From the NCBI GenBank assembly GCA_963666285.1, contig OY762711.1: a stretch of DNA of 64,000 nt; one strand, given 5' to 3'. Below, piece by piece: positions 19,698 to 30,093 of this stretch. The notes under the pieces are model-generated. The model made no database searches and had not been told where the DNA came from. It saw only the letters and a list, made by a program, of their open reading frames with translations. Source of the DNA: Sedimentisphaerales bacterium (GTDB lineage Bacteria; Planctomycetota; Phycisphaerae; Sedimentisphaerales; SM23-30). Made by a program: the position numbers and the translations under genes. Each line of letters begins with the position of its first letter. Positions within the stretch are counted from its first letter, which is position 1.

Positions 19698-20732
19698 TCA
19701 AATATAATGCAATTCAATATCTCCAGCTCGCAACATCCCAAAAACATCTTCCAGGCTCTGCCAGAATCTTTCCACCTCAAGCTCTGACCAGAACTCCTTA
19801 AACCGGATAAACTTGATCTCCCTGTTATGCTTAACTTCTTCCAGCAAAAATTCCTGACCCGGCATAAGCTTAGCAACCAGAAATGCATACCGATGATCCA
19901 CGCCTACTCTTACATCGCTCTGCAGCAGGCTATCGCTCAATATCACTTCCCAAACATCATAGTCATGAATCTCGCCCAGCATAGCCTGTATCGCTTTCAC
20001 CTTCTGAACAAAACAATCCAATATGCCGCCCATTACCACATCAGACAGCTCAAGCGTATATCGCAGCTGCTTGGACTTAATACGCATATTATGATGTGCC
20101 TTCTTTTCTTCCGGGCTCGCCAGGCAATATTCACACTCTCTTAGCTTTTTTACCTTCTCACCAATTCTCATATGAAGCAGCTCGATACCTGACTCTGTGA
20201 CCCCGCCAGGAAAACTTGATTCATTATCTTTAAGAGTTTTTTTCAGCTCCTTGCGAATATCTTTTAATAATCCTTCTTTCCTCACCGATTCTATCGTTTC
20301 AATCAATCCCGGCTGACATTCCTGCCGTCTCTCCTGACGCTTTATCAAAATATCTTTCAAACCCGGTCGATATCTGCTTTCATTATCGCCCAGCTGAGAC
20401 AAGATATTTTCAAGGTATAATATCTGCACATCCAGATCACGTACATCACCCATCGCCCTCAGAAGATTAGCGACTTTCTTATGCCACTGTTTATAATGCT
20501 TTCTGTCAAAAAAATCCCGGAAAAATTCCAACCCGGCCAATAACCGCCGACATGATGTCCGACTCTGATGCACATCTTCTATATCATCAGAATCACATAC
20601 ACTTACCAGCTTTTTTTCCAGCCGCTTCGTATACTGATTGATATAATCATATCCCGGCAAAAACAAACTCATGTCACCAGAATATTTCATAATACCGCCT
20701 GTCGAAAACGAGAATGCCGTAACTACAGCCAT
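19698..20732 (-). CDS. CHAD domain protein
   Basis: EDVHQSRTSCRRL, GDVRDLDV, HNMRIKSKQLRY.LE, LGEIHDYDV. Confidence 0.88.
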   Translation of the reverse strand: MAVVTAFSFSTGGIMKYSGDMSLFLPGYDYINQYTKRLEKKLVSVCDSDDIEDVHQSRTSCRRLLAGLEFFRDFFDRKHYKQWHKKVANLLRAMGDVRDLDVQILYLENILSQLGDNESRYRPGLKDILIKRQERRQECQPGLIETIESVRKEGLLKDIRKELKKTLKDNESSFPGGVTESGIELLHMRIGEKVKKLRECEYCLASPEEKKAHHNMRIKSKQLRYTLELSDVVMGGILDCFVQKVKAIQAMLGEIHDYDVWEVILSDSLLQSDVRVGVDHRYAFLVAKLMPGQEFLLEEVKHNREIKFIRFKEFWSELEVERFWQSLEDVFGMLRAGDIELHYI

Positions 20733-20815
20733 CCCCTATATTTACACCAAAATACAAGCCCTGTAATTACTTATATCGTAATTCTGCATATTATTTGTTA
20801 ATCTTTGGTGATATT

Positions 20816-23215
20816 TTACTCTCTATTATCTGTTGATGCAATCTCTTCCGCTCGCTTCTGCAATTCCTGGTCCATTCTAGGATAGTATACCTCACGATGT
20901 GGAAACAGCTTCGGCTGAAGCTCCATACAGCCGCGTTCTATTTCCAGCGCGTTCTCCGCCAGGTTTCGGGCCTGACCTATATCGCCAAACTCAAACTTAA
21001 TATCCGCCAGCATCGTAAGAACATCCGAATTCCCCGGGTATTTCTCCAGGTAATCTGAAAAATAACCGGCCGCCTTATCATAATTCTTCTTCCGCTCTTC
21101 ACTGCCAACTTTATATTGACCACCTCTTTTCATATATAGCTCGCCCAGCAATTTGTCATACTTAAAATGTGCCGGATCTCGCTCGATAGCTTTTAGCAGA
21201 GAATCAACCGCTGTATCAAAATATTTATTCTTTTTTAATTCACTATTATACCACAACTGGTTACATAACCTGCCGGCATAGAGCAAAGATCGCGAATCAT
21301 TCTGACAGGAATCTGCATTCTCCAGGCAAATATCAACAGCCATTTCCGCATAGCTCAATTGACGCGTTCGACCGGCCATAATTACATATTTTTCCGCCTG
21401 GCTCATCGCCTTATCTGTTCGATAAACTCCACCACCCAGACCCGGCAGCACTGCCGTCAACAAAATCACAACCACACCGGCTGCACACGCATACAGGTAT
21501 ATCGGCTTACGCCTGATAATTACTATTTCACCTTCCTTTGACGAAACTGCCAAAGCCGCCAGCATAAAAAACAACATGCCCACTACCGGCTGAAAAAATG
21601 CAAAATCTATCGTATTATGCAACGCAAATGCCGCCAAACCTGCCAGCAGCGGTATCAAAACACGACGACCGCTTACTTCCAAACTGATTTCTTCCCGGCA
21701 TAAAAACAGGTATCCAAATAATAAAAATATCAATCCAAACGTTATCGCCGGCCCCAGCGTCAGGTACATTTTCGCTACTGTCGGCATCTCACCTAAACTA
21801 TCTTCAACCGATAGCATACGTATTACAAATATTGATATCGACATAATCACTGCAGTTAAACAAACTTCAAATATCGGATATTTATTGTCAGCCGACTCTT
21901 CTAACTCCAAATCATCTAACTGCGATTGCCTGCCAGGCATTACCAGCTTCCACAAAACTGCCAAGGTCGCCCATACCATTGCCGCTATTCCCAATAAACC
22001 CCACTGGCTGAAGATTGCCAGCGGTACACAATGCGGATCTTTCACTACCTCTGGACTTGATGAATTCATATACAGACTGTAATAATGATCGAAATTGAAC
22101 GGCCCGACTCCTGTCAGCCAATGGTCGGTAATCATTCCCGCGGTCGCCTGCCAGTATTGCCAGCGAATCCACAAATTTGAGGTCGGCAGCCTGTCATAAA
22201 GATTACCATAAACTGCAACTGCTGCGGTTCCACCGGCAATTATCAGTATAAATAAACCAAACATTACCCTGCGATATCTGTTTTTTCTCAAAATCGCCAT
22301 ACCGGCAATAGCGGCAAACATAGCAGCCAGGGATAATTTTCCTCCCGTACTATCTGTTAAATTAATGCCCAGCATCAAAATCAGCATCAATACCGCACAT
22401 ATTATTAGCGATATCGGCACCTGCCCCTTCTTCCACCCCCCGGCTCCGAGCACCGCAATCGCTCCGGCAACCGTCAGCAATAAAAAAGAGGCGGCCGTAT
22501 TACTTATCGCAAAATATCCGCCTGTATCACGGCTCCTTACACGCTCTTCCATCTGACGAGCCTGCCAGGAACTTGGCTCCAGCCCCTGCTTGTGCATAAA
22601 ACCGTTATAATCTGACTCCATCTGACTAACGGTGTCCTCATGTTCGCCCTGCTGTTCATAACATCGCAATACCTCACACACTCCCATTGCCAATACTACC
22701 GCTAATAGTATTTTACGCTTTGTATCAGAACCCAGCAGCTGCACCATTACCAGACCCGCGGCCATCATCGATAATAGATTAAGCCCTGAAACCAGCCCCA
22801 CACTTTTATCTGATGCCGAAATATAAGACAGCACCGTAGCTATAACCAGCAAAACAAAAGGACATGCCATACCAGTCTTTCGCCACAACAAATCACCAAA
22901 CTTAAGCTTTAATATCAGCCAGATACCACAGCCCAGAAGAAGCACAATATCAAAACTCAGCATAAAACTCAAACCGCCAAAGCCGACTATCCCGCCGCCT
23001 GCATTTTCACCTACAAGCGGCTCTGACGATGGAAATACTTCATTAACAAACAACCGGCATACTAATACTGCTGTAAACACAACAAATACAATATTATCAA
23101 CCACTGTATTTGCGTTTTTCAATTTGTACTTATCAATATTCACAGAATCAAAACCCTTAATTACTATAAGCAACCGGTCTAACATAATTATTACATATAC
23201 CCATAGCCGTTGCAC
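20816..23215 (-). CDS. O-antigen ligase (Wzy_C) family membrane protein with C-terminal TPR-like region
   Basis: Many TM helices; RWQYW, GVGPFNF, DPHC..L..WGLLG, LHNTIDF; helical C-terminus. Start uncertain. Confidence 0.8.
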   Translation of the reverse strand: MQRLWVYVIIMLDRLLIVIKGFDSVNIDKYKLKNANTVVDNIVFVVFTAVLVCRLFVNEVFPSSEPLVGENAGGGIVGFGGLSFMLSFDIVLLLGCGIWLILKLKFGDLLWRKTGMACPFVLLVIATVLSYISASDKSVGLVSGLNLLSMMAAGLVMVQLLGSDTKRKILLAVVLAMGVCEVLRCYEQQGEHEDTVSQMESDYNGFMHKQGLEPSSWQARQMEERVRSRDTGGYFAISNTAASFLLLTVAGAIAVLGAGGWKKGQVPISLIICAVLMLILMLGINLTDSTGGKLSLAAMFAAIAGMAILRKNRYRRVMFGLFILIIAGGTAAVAVYGNLYDRLPTSNLWIRWQYWQATAGMITDHWLTGVGPFNFDHYYSLYMNSSSPEVVKDPHCVPLAIFSQWGLLGIAAMVWATLAVLWKLVMPGRQSQLDDLELEESADNKYPIFEVCLTAVIMSISIFVIRMLSVEDSLGEMPTVAKMYLTLGPAITFGLIFLLFGYLFLCREEISLEVSGRRVLIPLLAGLAAFALHNTIDFAFFQPVVGMLFFMLAALAVSSKEGEIVIIRRKPIYLYACAAGVVVILLTAVLPGLGGGVYRTDKAMSQAEKYVIMAGRTRQLSYAEMAVDICLENADSCQNDSRSLLYAGRLCNQLWYNSELKKNKYFDTAVDSLLKAIERDPAHFKYDKLLGELYMKRGGQYKVGSEERKKNYDKAAGYFSDYLEKYPGNSDVLTMLADIKFEFGDIGQARNLAENALEIERGCMELQPKLFPHREVYYPRMDQELQKRAEEIASTDNRE

Positions 23216-23234
23216 GATGTGATGCGAAGCATAT

Positions 23235-23320
23235 ATTGCCCGTTCGAGCTTGATACAAATAATTACATTATCATTACTTACCTTCCGAGCGATCAGACAA
23301 AATCATACACTATTTGTATA
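23235..23320. repeat. 86-bp dispersed repeat, copy 2
   Basis: Matches 13945-14030. Confidence 0.85.
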
Positions 23321-23359
23321 CTACGTATTGTAAAACATTCCCCTTCTTCCTTAACTCTT

Positions 23360-23386
23360 CTCAAACTGACCATCGGCCAGTTTGAG
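23360..23386. repeat. 27-bp REP-like palindrome, copy 2
   Basis: ctcaaactgaccatcggccagtttgag. Confidence 0.8.
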
Positions 23387-23692
23387 TAAGTTATCACAAT
23401 ATATTACTAAATTCCAGATAAAAAGAATTACCCCGACCACATAGCCCACATATGAAACCTTAATTCCAAAATATCCCTAAAATACGCGTTATTTTTACCC
23501 TTATCACCAAAAAATGCCCAAAACTGACTAATATCCTGCGCGAAATGCTCTATAATAGGGCGGTTTTTGTGGTATAATAATCCGTACATGGATTATTAAG
23601 TTCAGAATAGAACCCCTTATCTGGTTATATGGACTTTTATATTTTTTTAGTAAGAACTTTGATTTGTTAATGAATAAAGAAGAGGAAATCAA

Positions 23693-24943
23693 ATGAAAAT
23701 CGAGAAATACTCATTTGGAATAGGAGACCGTTTTGCCCATCAGGGCAAAGCTCAGCTCCAGGCCATGATCAACGCAGCTGAACTTGGCATAAACATTGTT
23801 CCGGTATGGAACAAGTCTTTCCGCGAACACAAAACTATTGGTACCAAACCTCAAAGTGTACGCGCTGAAGCTAACGAAGCTGTTGCTGATCTGGGCTGGG
23901 AAAAGCCTTTCTACTGTGATGCCGACCATATTAACCTGTCAAATGTCGACCTGTTCCTGGAAAGCTGCGACTTTTTCACGCTTGATGTTGCAGACTATAT
24001 CGGCCAGAAAGCAAGTGATGAAGACATCGCGGCTTTCGTCGAAAAGCATTCTCAGCTGACCGGCTCTCTAGATATCCCCGGCATAGAAGAACCTATCGAA
24101 GTTACAAAAGAGGATATCAAAGCTATCGCTGAAAAAACGCTGCTCGCTGTCCAGGAAGCCGGTAAAATTTACCGTTATATCGCCGAAAACAAAGGCGAAG
24201 GAAATTTCATTACCGAAGTCTCCATGGACGAAACCGACCTGCCGCAAACGCCAAAGGAAATGCTCTTTATTCTGGCCGCTATCTCAGACGAGCAGATACC
24301 GGCCCAGACCATCGCCCCAAAGTTCACCGGACGTTTCAATAAAGGTGTTAACTATGTCGGTGATATCGATACTTTCGCCAAAGAATTCGAGCAGGATGTA
24401 GCCGTTATCGACTTCGCCGTTAAAACTTTCTGTCTGCCTGAAACTCTCAAACTCAGCGTCCACTCCGGCAGCGATAAATTCAGTATATACGCTCCTATCA
24501 ACAAGACTCTCAAGAAATTCAACGCCGGAATCCATGTCAAAACCGCTGGCACAACCTGGCTCGAAGAAGTTGCCGGACTCGCACTCGCTGGCGGTGAAGG
24601 ACTCGAAATCGCCAAGCAGGTATACACCGATGCTCTCGCAAGATTTGACGAACTCTGCGGACCGTATGCTACCGTTATCGATATCGACAAGGACAAACTG
24701 CCATCTGTCAAGGAAGTCAACGAATGGGACGAACAGACTTTCGCCGCTAAACTTCGACACGATCCGGAAAACCCGCTATACGACCTCAACGTCAGACAGC
24801 TTATCCATGTCGGATACAAGGTCGCTGCGGAAATGGGCGATAAATTCATCTTCGCCCTCAAACGATACGAAACCGTCATCGCCAAAGGCGTTACCGAAAA
24901 TATCTTTGAAAAACACATCCTGAAAATATTCAAAGATATGTAA
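23693..24943 (+). CDS. uxaE: Tagaturonate/fructuronate epimerase family protein
   Basis: SFGIGDRF, DADH, EVSMDET, KLSVHSGSDKFSIY, HVKTAGTTWLEE, RQLIHVGY. Confidence 0.88.
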   Translation: MKIEKYSFGIGDRFAHQGKAQLQAMINAAELGINIVPVWNKSFREHKTIGTKPQSVRAEANEAVADLGWEKPFYCDADHINLSNVDLFLESCDFFTLDVADYIGQKASDEDIAAFVEKHSQLTGSLDIPGIEEPIEVTKEDIKAIAEKTLLAVQEAGKIYRYIAENKGEGNFITEVSMDETDLPQTPKEMLFILAAISDEQIPAQTIAPKFTGRFNKGVNYVGDIDTFAKEFEQDVAVIDFAVKTFCLPETLKLSVHSGSDKFSIYAPINKTLKKFNAGIHVKTAGTTWLEEVAGLALAGGEGLEIAKQVYTDALARFDELCGPYATVIDIDKDKLPSVKEVNEWDEQTFAAKLRHDPENPLYDLNVRQLIHVGYKVAAEMGDKFIFALKRYETVIAKGVTENIFEKHILKIFKDM

Positions 24944-24962
24944 AATACAAACTACAATATTC

Positions 24963-25000
24963 AAGGGCACTCTGGACTATATCCTTTGTGCCCTTTTTTT
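24963..25000 (+). terminator. Intrinsic terminator after uxaE
   Basis: aagggcac...gtgccctt followed by a T-run. Confidence 0.6.
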
Positions 25001-25346
25001 ATTTATGCCATTTCCCACTGCCAACCTCAGCGATTATCAAGCCGCGAGTAAAACTTTCGGTAAAGTCGAAAATCCGCCTCAGGCGACCGTTTCAACAGTC
25101 TAACCTGAGCGACACCTTCCCTGCTAACTGCTAAGTAACATCTATTTTCTACACTTTCCACTCTGCTGCATTGTTCCTTCCCCAAAAAACAATTACCCGT
25201 ATTATTTTGTTTTTTATATTTTTTCAAAACATTTGCGCAAGATAGCAAATTTAGATGCTTATATAGTACAGTAATAAGCATTTTTCCCGGAAAAATATTG
25301 AATTTTAACAAAAACAAGAACTAAAAAACAAGAAAAGGAAAATACC

Positions 25347-25688
25347 ATGACTACAGCAGCAATTAACACAAATCGTCCTAAATCCATAACAGCAGTCTGC
25401 ACTATAGGCATATTGGGTTTATTCGGAGTAATGGCAATATTATTCTCAGCAATTTCAAATCAGGTCAATCCGCTTTTAATTTCGCACCTGCTGATTTCTT
25501 CCGCTATCGGTGCAGCATGCTTTTTCGGCATGTGGAAGATGAAAAAATGGTCTGTTTACGTATATACAGGGCTTTTTGTAATTAACCAGGTACTTGCTTT
25601 TGCAACTGGCGGATGGAGTCTAATGACAATTCTGGTACCGGCAATCATAATTTATGTCGGTTGGAAAAATATCACAAAGATGTCCTAG
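25347..25688 (+). CDS. Small 4-TM hypothetical membrane protein
   Basis: Four hydrophobic segments, G.WKMKKW motif, RBS AAGGA. Confidence 0.75.
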   Translation: MTTAAINTNRPKSITAVCTIGILGLFGVMAILFSAISNQVNPLLISHLLISSAIGAACFFGMWKMKKWSVYVYTGLFVINQVLAFATGGWSLMTILVPAIIIYVGWKNITKMS

Positions 25689-25746
25689 ATGCTCATCAAA
25701 GTTTTGCTGACAATAACAATTTGATAATCAGGAAAAGGAAAATATC

Positions 25747-26406
25747 ATGAATACAGCAGCAACTAACATTAATCATCCAAAAAACATTTCTGCATTCCGC
25801 ACTATTGTTTCTTTAAGTTTAATTGGAATATTTTCATTACTATTCTTACCTGGTTGCAAAGATAATAGTTCAACCAAAAACAATACCGTAAATGAAAAAT
25901 CTACGGGTGAAAATGATTGCTCATTGAACATTGTACCTGCCGATAAAAACGGATTAAAATTATTATTCACTGAACTGCAGGAAGCTATTTGGTCTGATGA
26001 TACTGAAACTGCACTGGTAATAACAAAGTCTTTGTTCCCGGATGAAACAAGCCTTCGTAAAGTCGTCAAAGACCCAGAAGCCATCAAAAATGTCAAAGAA
26101 ATGCACAGTAAGTTTTGTAACGAACCCGACCAGAAACTCGCTGGATTATTTAGAGCTGATCCCGAGAATACCGAAATTCTTGTTTTCCCGGCAACCACCG
26201 AGGAAATTGCCGGCGAAATTGGCAGGGGCAGTAAATTCCCTGGTGGCGCGGTCAACCTGGCCAAAACAGTTCTACAACCGAATGTAACTTTTTACGAGGT
26301 CAAACTGGTTAAACCTGGCGAAACACTTGGCATGGCATACCACTTGTTTTATCATGATGGTAAAAACTGGAAAATGCTTGGACCGGCCTGGCGTGTCCTG
26401 CATTAA
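25747..26406 (+). CDS. Hypothetical lipoprotein
   Basis: Lipobox-like LPGC after a hydrophobic stretch; RBS AAGGA. Confidence 0.75.
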   Translation: MNTAATNINHPKNISAFRTIVSLSLIGIFSLLFLPGCKDNSSTKNNTVNEKSTGENDCSLNIVPADKNGLKLLFTELQEAIWSDDTETALVITKSLFPDETSLRKVVKDPEAIKNVKEMHSKFCNEPDQKLAGLFRADPENTEILVFPATTEEIAGEIGRGSKFPGGAVNLAKTVLQPNVTFYEVKLVKPGETLGMAYHLFYHDGKNWKMLGPAWRVLH

Positions 26407-26455
26407 GATAACCGCCTCACCGCAGGATATATAATAGAAATTCCCTACACTACAC

Positions 26456-26487
26456 AAAAAGCACAAGTCACTGACCTGTGCTTTTTT
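26456..26487. terminator. Bidirectional intrinsic terminator
   Basis: aaaaagcaca...tgtgcttttt. Confidence 0.7.
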
Positions 26488-26616
26488 ATTGTTCCGAACG
26501 ACTATCATTAAAACGCTTCTTTCTTTCCTATTCCGTTCTAGAGCACTTTAATATTTTCTGTTCCGATTTATGCCTCTGTGAGGACGAGGCTGACAAAGAA
26601 GAAAACACAGTAATAT

Positions 26617-26781
26617 TCATATATTACGAGCACTTCTGATGAAGCCACCCGACCAGCGACCTTCGACCACCGGGTACTTCTTCAAAACTTCTTCCGCTCC
26701 CGCAGTAGCTAGTGAACTTACCATTCCATCTAGCGATATCATTATTGCCATTATCAACATTAACTTTTTCTTGATCATCAT
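26617..26781 (-). pseudogene. Probable truncated secreted-protein gene (54 aa)
   Basis: MMIKKKLMLIMAIMISLDGMVSSLATAGAEEVLKKYPVVEGRWS..., with RBS, directly downstream of the sulfatase. Confidence 0.4.
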
Positions 26782-26851
26782 AACACCTTTCCTGTCTATA
26801 TAATGCCTAATTATTTTTCATCCTTCAGACCTCATACTTCTCAAAATTAAG

Positions 26852-28258
26852 TTATTCATTTTGAGCTTGTTTCCACTCCCTGAACTCATCATTACCACTC
26901 AGCATATGCTCAAAAGCCGCCATCTCTGTTCCCATACCGCTATCACCCTGCGATGCCATCCATTTATCCAGCTGCCTCTTCAACTTGGCCTGAACCTCTG
27001 AATATTTTACCTGACCGGCTAAATTAGTCATATTATAGGGATCATTCACAACATCATAAAGCTCAAACTCTGGCCTGGTAAAAAAACGCTCTAACATAGC
27101 CTTGGCATGTACGTCACCTTTATCCGCTTTCCTCTCCCAGCTCTTAAACCAGTCTGTATTCACAGCAGTATTCCGGAATTTTGCTTCCGGGTCGATATTC
27201 CATATCAGCTTATACTCATCTGACCTAACCGAACGTATCGGGTAATCACGCGGCCCGTTATATATCCCGCGAGTAGTCTGCAATCCAAAAACATATTCTT
27301 TATGCTTGTCTGTCTTGCCGGCAAATACATCCAGCATACTCCTGCCATCCAGTATATCAGCTGGCGTCCCGCCCGCAGCTTCGACAAAAGTTGGTACTAT
27401 ATCAACATACTCTACCATAGCGTCAGATTCCGCACCCTTGGCCGCCTTACCCGGCCAGCGCACAACCATAATCGACTGCAGCCCGGAATCATAACACGAC
27501 CACTTGGCAAATGGAAACGAGTTGCCCTGCTCCGACACCACCATCACCAGCGTATTATCTGCCAGTTTATGTTTATCCAGCATCGCCAGTATCTCGCCAA
27601 CCTGGTTATCAAAGTATGTTATCTCTGCCAGGTAATTAATATATCTTTCCCGTGTCTTTGGCGTATCTACCATATACGGGCGAAGCTTCAATTCCTCCGA
27701 TTTATATAGCTTGCGATACTCCTTACCTTTATTCCATGGAGTATGCGGCTCATTCGAACACGCCATCAGGCAAAACGGGGTATCACTGCCGGCACATTCG
27801 CCAAAAAGCTTATCAATTTCTTCCATTGACGGATTAGCACCGTCTCCTTTTGCATTGCTGTATTCAAATGGAAATACTTCTATCGGGCCAATATGCCTCT
27901 TACCTGACAATGCCACCCGGTAACCCAGCGGCTTGAGATATTGTACTATACTCTTTGTTCCTTCCTTGGCAAAGGTATGGTTAGGATACGCTCCGCTTTT
28001 TACCGGGTATAAACCGGTATATATACAATGCCTGGTCGGCGAACACATCGGCGCAGCCTGGAAGCATCTCTTCATCCGGATACCTTCGGTCGCCAGTTTA
28101 TCGACATTAGGCGTATGAGCCTGGCCGCCGTAACATCCGATATCACGAAAAGTGCAATCGTCAGCTATAATGAATAAGAAATTCGGCTTATCCGCCGCCA
28201 GCGAAAAACTACATAACAGAAATAAAACAACAACTGGTAAACAATACTTTTTCTTCAT
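26852..28258 (-). CDS. Sulfatase (S1 family), secreted
   Basis: KPNFLFIIADD, CSPTR (CxPxR), GKRH, ELYD..NDPY.M.NLA; signal peptide. Confidence 0.93.
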   Translation of the reverse strand: MKKKYCLPVVVLFLLCSFSLAADKPNFLFIIADDCTFRDIGCYGGQAHTPNVDKLATEGIRMKRCFQAAPMCSPTRHCIYTGLYPVKSGAYPNHTFAKEGTKSIVQYLKPLGYRVALSGKRHIGPIEVFPFEYSNAKGDGANPSMEEIDKLFGECAGSDTPFCLMACSNEPHTPWNKGKEYRKLYKSEELKLRPYMVDTPKTRERYINYLAEITYFDNQVGEILAMLDKHKLADNTLVMVVSEQGNSFPFAKWSCYDSGLQSIMVVRWPGKAAKGAESDAMVEYVDIVPTFVEAAGGTPADILDGRSMLDVFAGKTDKHKEYVFGLQTTRGIYNGPRDYPIRSVRSDEYKLIWNIDPEAKFRNTAVNTDWFKSWERKADKGDVHAKAMLERFFTRPEFELYDVVNDPYNMTNLAGQVKYSEVQAKLKRQLDKWMASQGDSGMGTEMAAFEHMLSGNDEFREWKQAQNE

Positions 28259-28412
28259 TTACGTTCCTTTTTGCAATTTAACTTACTCAAAGTGACCGAT
28301 TTTACACTTTTTATTGCTATAACACAATTTAATGCAAATTGTTACATTAATGATTTAATTAGCTTGCCGCTTTGCGGCAAACCTTCCCTAATACCAAATA
28401 CCTAATACCTAA

Positions 28413-30057
28413 CCCGGACAAGCCGGAACCAAACAGGTTTTTATAATTATATTTACGCTGCATAAGAATTCCACGATAATGTATCAGAATTATTATGCAG
28501 AACTTTATTGAACGACATTTTAACAAAATTAAGGGAGTTACCTCCTGTTTTGACCGTGTCATATTTACTGGTACAATACCGGGAATATGTTTTGCCGATG
28601 GAATGACTGTGCATTTGCGTAAACACAACATTCGAATATTTGATTTCACTAAATGGGCTGAACCTTTGCGTGACCTCATTAATGAAAACGCCAAAGTTGT
28701 TGCATCTGACAATGGTCTTGAGATAGAATTTATTCGTAAAAAGAATTTCCGCAAAGAGAAAGTTATTAAACAGATAATTGACCAAAGAGGTAATCACCCT
28801 GGGCTGGTACATATTTTCTCGGCTATGGAAACCTGCAGCAGCTATGAACCATGGCATAACAAACAAACCGGAAAAACTTATATTAGAGGTTCTCAGGGAA
28901 GGTGTTTGCATTATTATTTCTATTTTATTGATAAAGCATTGGGGCTCTGCTATTTGAGAGTACCAACCTGGGCTCCGTTCCGATTGCAATTGTACTTTAA
29001 CGGTCATAATCAACTGGCTGCTAAATTGAAAAGTAAAAATATCGATTACACCATGCTTGACAATGTTTTTATTGATATCGAAGATTTCGACAAGGCCCAA
29101 AAGCTCAGTGACAGCCTTAGCGTCAACCAGCTTCATCGCATTATTGAAAAATATGCTACTACTTATTGTCCTGTAATTACAGAGCTTAAGGAAAATTTCC
29201 ACTGGAGTATAATGCAGGCGGAATATGCTACAGACATTGTTTTCAAAAAACAATCTGACCTGACCTGTATATATGAGGAATTGACCAGAACAGCTATTCA
29301 TTCGGTTAAGGCTGATAATATCGCCACCTTCCTGGGAAGAAAGTTGTATACCAGCTATGAAGGTGAAATGGGCAATGACTTTAGCACCAGAATTGAAGGC
29401 ACACGGATAAAACATCACATGGGGCCGGCTTCTGTCAAAATGTACGATAAGCATAAGCTTGTTCTGCGAATTGAGACAACAGTTAATGATGTCAGCTTTT
29501 TCAAACACTACCGCAAGGTGGAACATCGCGACGGCACAACGAGCATGAAGCAGGCTCCGTTGCGTAAAAGTATTTATTCCTTTCCGGTTCTCACCGACCT
29601 GCTTGCCGCTTCTAATAGAAGATATATTGACTTTATCTCGGCTATTGATGACCCTACCTCTGCTAATAAGGATATTGATAAAATCTCCAGAGCTAAAAAG
29701 AAAAACGGTCGCAGTTTCAAAGGGTTTAATCTGTTCAACAAAGATGACCTTAAACTGATGCAAACTGTGTTGAGAGGAGAATTTAATATCAATGGCTTTA
29801 CCAGCAAACTTTTGAGAAAACACATGGGTAATAAAACCCCTAATCAGGTCTCCAGGATGCTCAAAAGACTCCGAATACATGGCCTGATTAAGAAAATCGG
29901 AAAAACGTACAAATACTATCTGACCAAAATGGGAAGAAGAGTTATTACCGCTGCTTTGAAAGCAAAGGAAATGCTCCTTATCCCTTTGCTCAGAGGTAAT
30001 TTGAACTAATTGTAATAATTTCTTTGCCATTTTGCGCAAAATTTTATTGGTAAGATA
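28413..30057 (+). mobile_element. Putative insertion element without long TIRs, flanked by CTAA direct repeats, inserted in a heptamer tract
   Basis: Flanks rejoin into the repeat seen uninterrupted at 19588-19667; CTAA at 28409-28412 and 30058-30061; left-end hairpin ccgg-acaag-ccgg. Confidence 0.75.
28495..30009 (+). CDS. Putative transposase with Rep_trans-like motifs and a C-terminal winged helix
   Basis: QAEYATD and KMYDK..VLRIETT resemble Rep_trans/phage gpII motifs; C-terminal SRMLKRLRIHGLIKK..Y.LT..GR; fills the element. Confidence 0.65.
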   Translation: MQNFIERHFNKIKGVTSCFDRVIFTGTIPGICFADGMTVHLRKHNIRIFDFTKWAEPLRDLINENAKVVASDNGLEIEFIRKKNFRKEKVIKQIIDQRGNHPGLVHIFSAMETCSSYEPWHNKQTGKTYIRGSQGRCLHYYFYFIDKALGLCYLRVPTWAPFRLQLYFNGHNQLAAKLKSKNIDYTMLDNVFIDIEDFDKAQKLSDSLSVNQLHRIIEKYATTYCPVITELKENFHWSIMQAEYATDIVFKKQSDLTCIYEELTRTAIHSVKADNIATFLGRKLYTSYEGEMGNDFSTRIEGTRIKHHMGPASVKMYDKHKLVLRIETTVNDVSFFKHYRKVEHRDGTTSMKQAPLRKSIYSFPVLTDLLAASNRRYIDFISAIDDPTSANKDIDKISRAKKKNGRSFKGFNLFNKDDLKLMQTVLRGEFNINGFTSKLLRKHMGNKTPNQVSRMLKRLRIHGLIKKIGKTYKYYLTKMGRRVITAALKAKEMLLIPLLRGNLN

Positions 30058-30066
30058 CTAATACCT

Positions 30067-30093
30067 CTCAAACTGGCCATCGGTCAGTTTGAG
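30067..30093. repeat. 27-bp REP-like palindrome, copy 3
   Basis: ctcaaactggccatcggtcagtttgag. Confidence 0.8.

Noticed and set aside
25027..25317. 96-aa ORF and a possible IS-end remnant (tttcaacagtcta)
   Set aside because: No partner end, TSD or transposase; the ORF has no coding features
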